This document shows, piece after piece, positions 7,895 to 18,140 of a stretch of 32,000 nt of DNA. The notes beneath the pieces were generated by a model. The model did no database searches. It was not told the DNA's origin and saw nothing but the letters and a program-made list of their open reading frames with translations. Source of the stretch: an archaeon (GTDB lineage Archaea > Asgardarchaeota > Thorarchaeia > Thorarchaeales > Thorarchaeaceae); assembly GCA_024275415.1 (NCBI GenBank), contig JAJRZD010000035.1:32886-64885 (forward strand), given 5' to 3'. Within the stretch, counting starts at the first letter, position 1, and every line of letters begins with the position of its first letter. The position numbers and the translations under genes are program-made.

Positions 7895-7926
7895 AGGGAT
7901 GGACGAGTCCATCCCTCCTACTTTTT
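7895..7926 (+). terminator. Hairpin plus T-tract terminator
   Basis: Perfect inverted repeat AGGGATGGAC-GA-GTCCATCCCT followed by CCTACTTTTT. Confidence 0.6.
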
Positions 7927-8102
7927 ATCAACCGTCATAGCCTTCGAGATAGCCGTTGATTAAAACGCACTTTTTGCCGAATTTCTTATCGTCAAGTCGG
8001 CATCCGTCAACCTTAAGTCTTTGTCCACAGATGAAATCAAACCTATACTATGATTAAGGAGCAACTCACTGAGAATGAGATGTTCCTTATGGAGGATAAA
8101 AA

Positions 8103-9272
8103 ATGGCGAGAAGAGTCGCTGTTGTGGCTGGAGGCCACAGCAAATTCGGAAAACGGTATGATGCCACAATGAGAGAATTGTGTGCGGAAGCCTACAAACC
8201 AATCTATGATGAAGGCATTACCCAGGACAAGATTGACGCTACAGTCCTTTCGTATGCAGCATCTCAGTTTACAGGTCAAGGTGCAGGATCTGCATTAATA
8301 GCGGACTATCTTGGAATGCAAGACATTCCCCACCTTCGTGTGGAGTCTGCCTGCACAACAGGAACTGCGTCACTCAGAGCTGCTTGGGGAATGGTGGCAG
8401 CTGGGCTATATGATGTAATGATGGTGCTTGGTGTCGAGCAGATGAATCGAGTATCCTCGGCCACAGCAACAGAGTACATGTCGCGAGCTGGGGATATGCG
8501 ATGGGAGTACCCATACGGAATCTCGTTTCCTGCATTCTATGCCCTGATGGCATCTCGTTACATGCACGAGTATAATATGTCCCATGACATCCTTGCAAAG
8601 ATTGCAGTGAAATCGCATCACTACGGTGCACAGAATCCAAAGGCGCATCTTCCGAAGGAGATTCCTTTTGAGGAGGCAAACAATGCTATTCCTATTTGCC
8701 GACCATTGAATCTCTATGACTGTAGTCTTATCACCGATGGTGCTGCGGCTGTAGTCATTGCAGCTGAGGATCGAGTCAAAGAATTCACTGACCGTCCAAT
8801 GTGGATCAAAGGTATTGGCGCAGGTGCTTCAGAGATGATGATTCAAGACAGGCCAACCCTGACATCAATACCCGGAGCAAAACGTGCAGCAAAGGCAGCA
8901 TATGAGATGGCCGGAGTGAAACCAGACGACATCAACATGGCTCAGGTGCATGACTGTTTCACCATCGCAGAGCTAATTGCATATGAGGATCTTGGATTCG
9001 CAGAACCCGGCAAGGGTCCAGATCTGGTCGAGAACAAGGAGAACTACCATGATGGCAGGATTCCTGTGAACTGTGATGGAGGTCTCAAGAGCAAGGGACA
9101 CCCGCTGGGAGCAACTGGTGTTTCCATGACCTACGAGATCATGAAACAGATGCGAGGAGAGGCTGACAAGCCATCGCGTCAGATCAAAGATGTCAAATAT
9201 GGATTGGCCCACAATGTTGGACAATCTGGGCAGTTCGTCAACGTCTTTATCTTTGAGAGGGGATGGTCCTAA
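8103..9272 (+). CDS. Thiolase (archaeal acetyl-CoA acetyltransferase / SCP-x type)
   Basis: Motifs VESACTTG (catalytic Cys), VHDCFTIAE, GGLKSKGHPLGATG and HNVG. GGAGG SD upstream. Confidence 0.93.
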   Translation: MARRVAVVAGGHSKFGKRYDATMRELCAEAYKPIYDEGITQDKIDATVLSYAASQFTGQGAGSALIADYLGMQDIPHLRVESACTTGTASLRAAWGMVAAGLYDVMMVLGVEQMNRVSSATATEYMSRAGDMRWEYPYGISFPAFYALMASRYMHEYNMSHDILAKIAVKSHHYGAQNPKAHLPKEIPFEEANNAIPICRPLNLYDCSLITDGAAAVVIAAEDRVKEFTDRPMWIKGIGAGASEMMIQDRPTLTSIPGAKRAAKAAYEMAGVKPDDINMAQVHDCFTIAELIAYEDLGFAEPGKGPDLVENKENYHDGRIPVNCDGGLKSKGHPLGATGVSMTYEIMKQMRGEADKPSRQIKDVKYGLAHNVGQSGQFVNVFIFERGWS

Positions 9273-9688
9273 TGAGTGAACAGAAAGAACTCTACCTAGG
9301 TTATGCGACTGATAAGGCTGTCACACCCTTCTTCCAGAAGTTCTTGGAAGCATTGGCTGAAGAGAAGCTCTTGATGAGCAAGTGTACTTCATGTGGAACA
9401 GAGTTTCTTCCGCCGAGAGAACACTGTCAGAAATGTCTGAGCAAAGCAGAATTGGTTCCTTTCACAGAAACTGAGGCGAAGCTCAGGTCATATGTGATTG
9501 TTGATTTCGCTCCAGAAACCCTGACCTCGAAGGCACCATACGTTGTTGCTATTGGGGAGTTCCCATCAGGAAAGCGATTGACGGCCCATATCACCAATCT
9601 CATGAGCATGCCTGAAGTAGGTATGCCCCTGAAACTGGGTTTTGAGAAGATAGATGACAAGAGAATAACATACAAGTGGCTTGTCTAG
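9272..9688 (+). CDS. DUF35 family Zn-ribbon/OB-fold protein (thiolase partner)
   Basis: CTSCG...PPREHCQKC ribbon plus an OB-fold 'PYVVAIGE' segment. TAATG overlap with thiolase puts the start at 9272. Confidence 0.9.
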   Translation: MSEQKELYLGYATDKAVTPFFQKFLEALAEEKLLMSKCTSCGTEFLPPREHCQKCLSKAELVPFTETEAKLRSYVIVDFAPETLTSKAPYVVAIGEFPSGKRLTAHITNLMSMPEVGMPLKLGFEKIDDKRITYKWLV

Positions 9689-10074
9689 GCAAGCTTGGGG
9701 GCCATTGTGCCCTCATTCCTTTTTTCTTTGAAGTTGCCTTCAATGCATTGACATTCGAGTACATTGGCCATCCTTGTCATTTTCGCAACCGATTTCAGTG
9801 CATCAAGATACACTCTTGTAGCGCTTGGGTACTCAGCGCGATTCAATTCTTCGATTGATTCATCAATAATTTCTATCGCATCGAATATCCTTCTTCGCCC
9901 ATCATTCCTTCTATAATCTGAGAAAACAATATAGTCATACTCGGCCTGAGTGAGTCCTTTTAGGAGCAAACCCTCTTCTTTTACTGTTGTTCGCATCTCG
10001 TACGAGTTCAATAGTGAGTTTCTCATAGCAAGAAGCGAGTCTACCAGTACCTGTTTCTTTTCCTGCCGTTGCAT
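9685..10074 (-). CDS. Hypothetical protein (predicted helical)
   Basis: 129-aa ORF filling the gap between DUF35 and the divergent promoter region. No motif recognised. Confidence 0.6.
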   Translation of the reverse strand: MQRQEKKQVLVDSLLAMRNSLLNSYEMRTTVKEEGLLLKGLTQAEYDYIVFSDYRRNDGRRRIFDAIEIIDESIEELNRAEYPSATRVYLDALKSVAKMTRMANVLECQCIEGNFKEKRNEGTMAPKLA

Positions 10075-10209
10075 TCTCTTCTTCTCCCGAACGTTAAAGG
10101 TACAAACCGAAACAACAAACCCCTAAATAAGCATTGAGGGAATTCGGGAACCTAAGAACGCTTATTTAGAAATTGACATATTTCGACTTGTCTTCAGGAG
10201 GTACAATAA

Positions 10210-10995
10210 ATGTCCGATGAAATTGTCCTATACGAGATAGACGAGGGAATTGCCAAGATCATAATCAACCGTCCAGACAAATACAATGCGCTGAACACAG
10301 CAGTTGTCACTCAACTAACTGAATTCATGAAGAAGGCCGAGAATGATAACAGCGTACGTGTCGTCCTCCTTACTGGAGCAGGCGAGAAGGCCTTTGCGGC
10401 TGGAGCTGATATATCCGAGTTCAGTGACAAGGACTCACAATCAGTTCGTCCCCTTGCAGAAAATGGTCAGAATCTGTGCAAGTTCATCGAATCCATGTCA
10501 AAGCCAGTGATTGCTGCTATAAACGGCTTTGCTCTTGGTGGAGGTTGCGAGATTGCGATGGCATGTGACATCCGATATGCATCTGCAAATGCCCGCTTCG
10601 GACAGCCAGAGATAAACCTAGGCATCATCCCAGGATTTGGCGGGACAGTCCGTTTGCCACGAATTGTTGGTCTTGGGATTGCAAAGGAACTAGTCTACAC
10701 AGGGGATCAGATAAAGGCCGATGAAGCATTACGGATAGGACTTGTTAACAAGGTCTTTGATAATACTGAAGCGCTGATGGAGGGTGCCATGGAATTGGCT
10801 CGTAACCTTGCTCAAAAGCCAGGTGTTGCACTCAAGTTGGCGAAGCAATCCCTTCAAAATGCTTGGGAGATGCCATTGGAGAAGAATCTCTCGTTCGAAG
10901 TTGACGTATTCTGTCAGACTTTTGATACCGAGGACAAGAATGAAGGCGTGGATGCTTTCCTCAACAAGAGGAAACCGAGCTTTTCCCACAAATAA
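10210..10995 (+). CDS. Enoyl-CoA hydratase (crotonase)
   Basis: Motifs INRPDKYNALN, AFAAGADISEF, GFALGGGCE, GQPEINLGIIPGFGG. GGAGGT SD upstream. Confidence 0.93.
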   Translation: MSDEIVLYEIDEGIAKIIINRPDKYNALNTAVVTQLTEFMKKAENDNSVRVVLLTGAGEKAFAAGADISEFSDKDSQSVRPLAENGQNLCKFIESMSKPVIAAINGFALGGGCEIAMACDIRYASANARFGQPEINLGIIPGFGGTVRLPRIVGLGIAKELVYTGDQIKADEALRIGLVNKVFDNTEALMEGAMELARNLAQKPGVALKLAKQSLQNAWEMPLEKNLSFEVDVFCQTFDTEDKNEGVDAFLNKRKPSFSHK

Positions 10996-11018
10996 CCAAT
11001 AGTTTGGAGTGAAGCGAA

Positions 11019-13853
11019 TTGGAATCCAAGAAGGTCATCATTGTACCACATACCCATTGGGATCGAGAATGGTATTTACCATTTCAAAGGTTCAGGCATA
11101 TGCTCGTTGAGCTTGTAGATGATCTTCTTGGAATTTTGAAGAAACAAGATTACAGGTTCATGCTTGATGGACAGACAATAATCTTGGAAGACTATTTCGA
11201 GATTCGCGAAGAGCGAAGGGATGAATTGCTTGGACATATTCGCGAAGGGAAAATTGCAGTGGGGCCGTGGTATTTGTTACCCGATCAATGGCTCGTTGGC
11301 GGGGAGAGTCTTATTCGTAACATCGAGTATAGTCATGACATTGCAACGCGTCTTCAGATTCCTCAGATGCCCATTGGATACCTCCCTGATATGTTCGGAC
11401 ACTCTAGCGCAATACCTCAAATATTGAGTGACCTTACGGATTTCAAAGCTGCTGTACTCTGGCGAGGTGTTCCCCCAGATATACAAACTGTTCTTTTCAA
11501 TTGGAAATCTCATGTATCGTCCACCGCTGTGATTCCTACCGTGTATCTCCCCGGAGGATACGGGAATGTTTCTAGATTGGCGGAGGAGTACAGTGAATTT
11601 GTTGATATGGTTATGGAGGGAATATCGTTCCTAGAGCCATTCTCCCCAGTGCCAGTCTATCTTCTGATGAACGGTTCTGACCACCTCTTTCCACAAGCTT
11701 TTGTCAAAGACAATGCAGACAGGATGAACCGTGAAGGCACTGACATCTCAGTAGGGTCTCTCAGCGACTTTGTCGAGCACTTGCAAAGTGCAATTGCTAC
11801 ATCAGGATATACACCTCCCCTGAAGAGTGGTGAGTTTAGATCCCCTGCTAGGGCTCCCCTGCTGCAAGACACATATTCTGCCAGAATGTGGATAAAGATC
11901 TGGAACCAGAAAGTAGAAGATATGCTGATTCGGCAGGTTGAACCTATTAGCACCTATCTATGGTTTGCATTGGATCAACAATACCCAAGCAGCTTCTTGA
12001 GTATTGCTTGGAAATGGCTATTGAGAAATCACCCTCACGATTCTATTTGTGGATGCTCTGTTGATAGTACGCATGAAGAGATGAAGGCACGTTTCTCTTG
12101 GGCTGAAACCATTGGAGAGGGCATTCTTGAGAAAGCAAATAAGATACTAGAAGAGAAATCTTTGAAATCTGATTTGGAATCATCCAATGTTCTGGTCTTC
12201 AATTCTGGAGCAAGTACGAGTTCTCCTGTCTACATCGAGTTTTCTGCCCCTCGAGAACAAACGATTGCTGGATTGCAGACCCCTGATGGAGTAATTCATG
12301 GCCTTCAACGACTTGAGTCGAGAGATGATGTCTTCTTTGAAACTACTGTGGGCATGAGAATGGCAAAGATGGGGCTGACTCTCATACCTGGAAGGAAGCT
12401 CATGAATTTCTACATCAACGGTGTTGAATTCTCCGATGGTGAGGATCCAGATGTTCTAGAATTGCGCTTTATCGCTGATGACCATCCAGAAGGGGATCTT
12501 GATTGGGAAGCCTTCAAACGGCAGGCACGTGATATCATTGCTAGCAAGAAGTACAAGAAAATCCATCTTGTCGCAGCACGTCCGACTCAGAGTGTGTATG
12601 CTGCAGTTATTCCTCTGCGGCCTTGGGCGTTCACTCGGCTCCTTCCTGTTTCAGAATCTCCAAGTGAAACTTGTGATGTACTTGAGGTCAGTGCCAATCA
12701 GATTAACAATCGTTTCTATTCTGTGACTTTCAACAGAGATGGGTCATTGAAGTTATTGGACAAGGAGTTAGGACTGACCTATGAACGACTCCATGTCTTC
12801 GAAGACTATGGGGATCGTGGGGACGAGTACACATTTGGTAGAGTGGAACCAGAGAAGGCATCTGTGAAAAACGTGAAGCGTGACGTTGTACTCTCCGGTT
12901 CGATCTTGGCAGAGATTCGACAGAAGATGGAGATTGAACTTTTTGAGAGTCTTGATTCATCAAGAGAGAAGCGTATTGGCAAAACGAGAATACCCGTAGA
13001 GTCAACGTTCAGATTCTATCGAGATACCCCACGAATCGAGGTGACCACTCGCCTTACAAACAAGTCGAAGGATCATCGGCTGCGGATTTGCTTTGACCTT
13101 CCCTACAAGTCAGCCACTTCCAAGACAGAAACCCATTTTGGTATCGTTGAACGAGTTTGTGACCCCGAACGAATCCCCGATGCTGAGGTACTAGAGAAGA
13201 CCAACTCATCATACCCCGAACGCCCCTCTGGTATCCAACCCCAAAAGCGATTCATCAGAGTTGATAATGATGATGGAGAAGGTGCGATCACTGTCTTCAA
13301 CACTGGTCTACCTGAGGTTGAGTTGGCAAATCGCAGCAGAATCGCAATAACACTTGTTCGTTCAGTTGGGTGGCTCTCTAGGGCTGATATCCCTGAGAGA
13401 CCTATCCATGCAGGACCTGGAATAGAAACTCTTGGTGCTCAAGAACTGGGAACCGAGTATGTGTACCACTATGGTTTTGCAACACACTCTAAGGAAGAGC
13501 CTATCCATACCAGTTCAAATATCGCGGATGCAGGTTGTGATAGACCCATAACGATGTACTTGAATTCATCAGACGAGGTTTCAAGGCTTTATGTTCCGAT
13601 CATTCAAATAGATAATCCTATTGTAAGAATCTCGTCCTTACGAGTCCGAGATGACTCGGTACTTGTAACAATGTATAACCTTGAGAATAGTGAAGTCACT
13701 GTCCTCATGAATCTTGAAGAATCTATCACAAAAGTAACCGAGGTTAAAATCAACAGGAGTATGAAGCAGGAGCATACAGTTAGGAATGGAATCGTGAATC
13801 TAACTTTCAGTCCTCGTGAAATAAAGATGTGTTCCCTACAACGAGGGGCGTGA
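11019..13853 (+). CDS. Glycoside hydrolase family 38 alpha-mannosidase
   Basis: Motifs HTHWDREWY, FMLDGQ, YLPDMFGH (nucleophile), NGSDH, HPHDSICGCSVD. TTG start after GGAGTGA. Confidence 0.92.
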   Translation: MESKKVIIVPHTHWDREWYLPFQRFRHMLVELVDDLLGILKKQDYRFMLDGQTIILEDYFEIREERRDELLGHIREGKIAVGPWYLLPDQWLVGGESLIRNIEYSHDIATRLQIPQMPIGYLPDMFGHSSAIPQILSDLTDFKAAVLWRGVPPDIQTVLFNWKSHVSSTAVIPTVYLPGGYGNVSRLAEEYSEFVDMVMEGISFLEPFSPVPVYLLMNGSDHLFPQAFVKDNADRMNREGTDISVGSLSDFVEHLQSAIATSGYTPPLKSGEFRSPARAPLLQDTYSARMWIKIWNQKVEDMLIRQVEPISTYLWFALDQQYPSSFLSIAWKWLLRNHPHDSICGCSVDSTHEEMKARFSWAETIGEGILEKANKILEEKSLKSDLESSNVLVFNSGASTSSPVYIEFSAPREQTIAGLQTPDGVIHGLQRLESRDDVFFETTVGMRMAKMGLTLIPGRKLMNFYINGVEFSDGEDPDVLELRFIADDHPEGDLDWEAFKRQARDIIASKKYKKIHLVAARPTQSVYAAVIPLRPWAFTRLLPVSESPSETCDVLEVSANQINNRFYSVTFNRDGSLKLLDKELGLTYERLHVFEDYGDRGDEYTFGRVEPEKASVKNVKRDVVLSGSILAEIRQKMEIELFESLDSSREKRIGKTRIPVESTFRFYRDTPRIEVTTRLTNKSKDHRLRICFDLPYKSATSKTETHFGIVERVCDPERIPDAEVLEKTNSSYPERPSGIQPQKRFIRVDNDDGEGAITVFNTGLPEVELANRSRIAITLVRSVGWLSRADIPERPIHAGPGIETLGAQELGTEYVYHYGFATHSKEEPIHTSSNIADAGCDRPITMYLNSSDEVSRLYVPIIQIDNPIVRISSLRVRDDSVLVTMYNLENSEVTVLMNLEESITKVTEVKINRSMKQEHTVRNGIVNLTFSPREIKMCSLQRGA

Positions 13854-13894
13854 GGTCGGGACTGGTGTATGCCGAGCATAAAATATCAGATTTT

Positions 13895-14830
13895 TCACTT
13901 TAAATGAATTTCCTCACCATCAACTTCCACAATTCCATGTGAAACCATATCGTCTATGTGTTTCTCAAGCATATATTCCTCAAAGATCAGATACGCATCC
14001 ATCGGAATCCTCGGGTATATTGTTGGCACTCTCGCTAGACTTCGGATTGTATTGATTCCCTGCCTGATGTTCTGGATAATCCTTTGTTCTCTCTCGTCGA
14101 AAATTGCTAAATACTGCAATAGACGTTCACGCAGGTTCGTTTCAATAGGATTTAGCAAATGGCTGCTAATTCCCACTTTTGGCTCAAGGGCCAAGATTCG
14201 CTGAATTGATTCCCTGAATTCATGGATATCGCTTACTGCATTTCCATACCACGGGCCAAACCGCGTTAGATCAATATCAACCAAGAATACGATGTCAGTC
14301 CCATTGATTCCAAAAACAGTATGATCCTTTGTGTGCCCGGGAGCATGTACCGGAATAAGTTCTGTTTCTCCGAAGGAGATGGTTTTTCCACTTTCAAAGA
14401 AACCTGTCACTTGATAATCCTCCACTACATGGGGGAGTCTTATGTCTATGAGTTCCCTCCAACTCGAATAATACTGGTGTCCCTTGATTCCATAGAACTC
14501 GACTGTTCCGTCTAATGATTCTATTCCCTGTTTGGCAAGGGGATGACAAAGTAACTCACACTGAGATAGATTCATGATTTCTGCTGCATGCCCCTTGTGG
14601 TCTACATGGAAATGTGTTAGAATGATCTGGTCAATATCCTTCATAGCATGTCCGCAGCTTTGCACTGTCCTCTCGATGTTTCTAAGGGACGATCCTGCAT
14701 CAACCAGTACGAGTATCTCATCATCAATGAGAAGTGAATTCGCTTCGGGGAACCTTGCTCTATTCTCTCCTCTGATCAAGTGTACATTAGGGGCTATCTC
14801 AATGTGAGGCTCGTATTCTTCTGTCATCAT
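13895..14830 (-). CDS. MBL-fold metallo-hydrolase
   Basis: THFHVDHKGH (HxHxDH), HAPGHTKDH, and a later Asp and SSH. Confidence 0.88.
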   Translation of the reverse strand: MMTEEYEPHIEIAPNVHLIRGENRARFPEANSLLIDDEILVLVDAGSSLRNIERTVQSCGHAMKDIDQIILTHFHVDHKGHAAEIMNLSQCELLCHPLAKQGIESLDGTVEFYGIKGHQYYSSWRELIDIRLPHVVEDYQVTGFFESGKTISFGETELIPVHAPGHTKDHTVFGINGTDIVFLVDIDLTRFGPWYGNAVSDIHEFRESIQRILALEPKVGISSHLLNPIETNLRERLLQYLAIFDEREQRIIQNIRQGINTIRSLARVPTIYPRIPMDAYLIFEEYMLEKHIDDMVSHGIVEVDGEEIHLK

Positions 14831-14924
14831 TTAGAGCAAAATATGCATTGATGATAATCTTGTCGTATACATTGATATTGCACCAAGTCCAATGGCAGTT
14901 TGTAAATCGTATAAGGTGAACCGA

Positions 14925-16382
14925 ATGAGCAGTAGGATCTTTGCTGTATTTGATATTGGCACAACAGGTACTCGGTCAGTTCTTGTCGATGAGGAAGGTC
15001 GTGAGTTAGCAAAGGAGTATGAAGAATATCCTCCGACGCCGCGGGATCTCAAGGTTCACGAGCAAATTGCAGATGTGTATTGGCGAACTGCCTGTAATAC
15101 CATGCAAAGAGCTTTAACCTCATTGGATGGGGGTGCTGATGCGATTGTCAGTGTAGTGGTGACAACCACACGAGATTGTGTCACGCCCGTTGATAAAGAT
15201 GGGAACGCACTTGCACCAACGGTGACTTGGGTTGACAATCGTTCGAGTCCCCGAAGCAAAGAGATGGCTGCTGAGATTGGTCCACGGAAGACTGTGAATA
15301 AGATAATGTGGTTCATTGACGAGAGACCCGACCTCTTTGAAAATGCATACAAATTCGTGCATCTTGATGCTTTCATCAATAACAGGTTATGCGGTTCGCT
15401 TGTGAGTGAGCCTGCGAACGCGAGATACGGTCCTATAGACCATGAAACACTACGCTGGTCTGAGGATCTTTGTGAAACGACAGGAATACCCCTCGATAAG
15501 CTTGTAGATATTGTGAATCCGGGTGAGGTCATTGGGGAAATCACAAGGGATGCATCAAAGGCAACAGGACTGCGCAGTGGCACGACAGTCATTATGGGAT
15601 GTGGGGATCAACAATGTTCTGCATTGGGAACTGGTACGATCAGGACCGGGATCGTCAAGGCGACCACGGGTACAGGAACATTTGTCATCACTCACACAGA
15701 GGAATTCATTGAAGACCCCTACGTCATGTTCTCAAATCCCTCTGCCATGCCCGGAAAGTGGATTCTCGAAGGTGCGATTCCAGGAACTGGTCTGGCATAC
15801 AAATGGTATCGTGACAACTATTGTGAAATCGAGGTGGCACAAGCGCTTCAAAGCGATAAGGATGTCTACGAGATAATCGAGTCGTCCGCCGCATCCATTC
15901 CTGCTGGCAGTGACGGACTGGTGGTCTTTCCATTCATGGCGTACAACAAAGGAATCTTCTACAATCTCGGATTTGGTCACACCAAATCACATGTTGCCAG
16001 GGCCATCATGGAGGCAAATGGGTACGGGATTCGGATGTATTGTGAGATGATTGAAGGGATGCTTGATATCGAATTCGACGAGCTACGGATTGATGGAGGT
16101 GGCTCCAACTCTCCGTTATGGCGGCAGATCCAAGCTGACTGCACGAACAAGACCGTTCTCCTTCCTCGTTCTAGAGATTCCACTGCGATTGGTGCAGCAA
16201 TTTTGGGGACAGTCGGTTCTGGAGTCTATGGGAGTTTCGAAGAAGCCGTTTCAAACATGGTCCATATCGTAGAACGCAGGGCACCGATCCCAGAGAATCA
16301 TGCAATCTATGAACAGCAATATACAATCTACAACAAGTTGCTCATTGCAGAGATGCCAGCACTCATCGAACTCACATCTTGA
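14925..16382 (+). CDS. FGGY family carbohydrate kinase (glycerol kinase/xylulokinase-like)
   Basis: Motifs DIGTTGTR, GCGDQQC, TTGTGTF, IDGGGSNSPLWRQIQAD. ATG 14925 follows AAGGTGAA; the ORF track starts at 14892. Confidence 0.9.
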   Translation: MSSRIFAVFDIGTTGTRSVLVDEEGRELAKEYEEYPPTPRDLKVHEQIADVYWRTACNTMQRALTSLDGGADAIVSVVVTTTRDCVTPVDKDGNALAPTVTWVDNRSSPRSKEMAAEIGPRKTVNKIMWFIDERPDLFENAYKFVHLDAFINNRLCGSLVSEPANARYGPIDHETLRWSEDLCETTGIPLDKLVDIVNPGEVIGEITRDASKATGLRSGTTVIMGCGDQQCSALGTGTIRTGIVKATTGTGTFVITHTEEFIEDPYVMFSNPSAMPGKWILEGAIPGTGLAYKWYRDNYCEIEVAQALQSDKDVYEIIESSAASIPAGSDGLVVFPFMAYNKGIFYNLGFGHTKSHVARAIMEANGYGIRMYCEMIEGMLDIEFDELRIDGGGSNSPLWRQIQADCTNKTVLLPRSRDSTAIGAAILGTVGSGVYGSFEEAVSNMVHIVERRAPIPENHAIYEQQYTIYNKLLIAEMPALIELTS

Positions 16383-16478
16383 ATCAATCATATCTGCCGA
16401 AAGCCTTGTATTGCCGTGGGGACTGCATATGACAGTCTTCAGTAGCCAACCGAACGTATTGCTGGACAACACGGAGTC

Positions 16479-18140
16479 TTGAGCATATTGACCGAGTTTG
16501 ATGTGATTGTTATTGGCGGTGGAAGCACTGGTACTGCTGTTGCACGGGACTGTGCTATGCGTGGTTTGAAGACCCTTCTTTTGGAGCGTGATGATATTGC
16601 ATCTGCGACTGTTGGGACTTGTGCTGGCATGATAAGTTCTGGGTTCAAGTACTACCATGAGCCCGATATTATGGACTTGTGCTCTCACGAAGTGGTTCAT
16701 CTCAAGCACATAGCCCGACATATCGTAGCTAAACTTCCAATCCTGTTCCCATTGATGGACTTGAGCGAAATCTCATCTGGCGGCAAAGGGATGGAAGAAT
16801 ATGAGAAGCGCGTGCAGGAACGGGGTGTTCCTCCTGTTCTAATCCTGACTCCTGAGGCATCGCGTGAGATTGAACCGTCTCTCCATCCAGAGCTGATTGC
16901 AAGTGGTTATGTCGAGGAGTTCTTTATTGACCCTTTCCGGCTTTGCGTCCTACAGGCAAAAGATGCTGAACAGCATGGAGCAACAATCCGTACTTATTGT
17001 GAAGTCACAGCAATCGATATTCGAAATGGTGCAGTCCACACTGTGACCTATTTTAACAGGATGACTGGCACTCTTGAAACGGTTGAAGCCAAGGTAGTCA
17101 TTAGCGCTACTGGTCCATGGGCGAGTGAGATCGCACGATTAGCAGGTATTTCATTAGAGCTTCGGCTGAACAAGGGCGCTCATGTCATCTTGGATCGGCG
17201 AGTCACCAATGTTGGAATTTCCACGCGAGCAGTTGATGGAAGATGGGTCTATCTGTTCCCGCATGAGAATACCACACTCATAGGGACTACTGCACTTGAT
17301 ACTTGGGATAACCCTGATGAGCTTGTTACCTCTCAGGACGAGATCGAGTATCTTCTACGTAGTTTTGAATTCGTTGTCCCGTCTGTCCGCGAGGCTCGAA
17401 TCATCCGGACCATGGAAGGTGTCCGACCGATGGCCCCCGTCTGGAAAGTTCCAGAAGGTGAAGTTACTCGGGGTTATGAGATTATCGACCATGGACAGGA
17501 TGGAGTTTCCGGTTTCTACTCATTCATTGGTGGAAAGCTGGTGATGTGCAGACATATGGCAGAAGCCGTCACTGATATTGTATGTGAGCGACTTGGTGTG
17601 ACGGGTTCTTGTGAAACTCATATCAAACCTCTACCAGGGATGTCTGAGGAGGTCGATGTGTTGATGCTAGCAGAGAAATATGGTGTGCCGTCGCATGCCC
17701 TTGAACGCCTCAAGGCCAGAAGAGGCTCCGAATTGGTTGAGATTCTTGAGATGACCCGTGAACACCCTGAGTGGACGAACATGGTGTGCATATGCGAACC
17801 TGTGATGGATGCTGAGATCCGCTATGCTATCCGAACCGAATATCCCCAAACATTGAACGACCTGCGAAGAAGGGTTCGATTGGGAACTGGCCCCTGCCAA
17901 GCAACATTCTGTACATTCAAAGCTGCCTCAATCATGGCAGAGGAACTAGGTCTTACTGGAAGTCAGACCCATTCGGAGATTGTTGATTATCTATCTGAAC
18001 GTTGGAAAGGAAAGCGACCCCCCCTACGAGGCGCAGCACTGGCTCAAGAGGAGATTGTCAATGGGATATATGCGTGTGTTGGAAATCTTGAGCAAACTGT
18101 CATTGATTACGAGCCAAAGCCATGGGAGGAGATTCGTTAG
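16479..18140 (+). CDS. glpA: Anaerobic glycerol-3-phosphate dehydrogenase subunit A
   Basis: IGGGSTGTAVARDCAMRG FAD site, NKGAHV, GVRP, GGKL, and C-terminal BFD-like CICE...GTGPCQATFC. Confidence 0.88.
   Translation: MSILTEFDVIVIGGGSTGTAVARDCAMRGLKTLLLERDDIASATVGTCAGMISSGFKYYHEPDIMDLCSHEVVHLKHIARHIVAKLPILFPLMDLSEISSGGKGMEEYEKRVQERGVPPVLILTPEASREIEPSLHPELIASGYVEEFFIDPFRLCVLQAKDAEQHGATIRTYCEVTAIDIRNGAVHTVTYFNRMTGTLETVEAKVVISATGPWASEIARLAGISLELRLNKGAHVILDRRVTNVGISTRAVDGRWVYLFPHENTTLIGTTALDTWDNPDELVTSQDEIEYLLRSFEFVVPSVREARIIRTMEGVRPMAPVWKVPEGEVTRGYEIIDHGQDGVSGFYSFIGGKLVMCRHMAEAVTDIVCERLGVTGSCETHIKPLPGMSEEVDVLMLAEKYGVPSHALERLKARRGSELVEILEMTREHPEWTNMVCICEPVMDAEIRYAIRTEYPQTLNDLRRRVRLGTGPCQATFCTFKAASIMAEELGLTGSQTHSEIVDYLSERWKGKRPPLRGAALAQEEIVNGIYACVGNLEQTVIDYEPKPWEEIR

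Noticed and set aside
15056-15592. 178-aa antisense ORF
   Set aside because: Lies wholly opposite the well-supported FGGY kinase and has no motifs.
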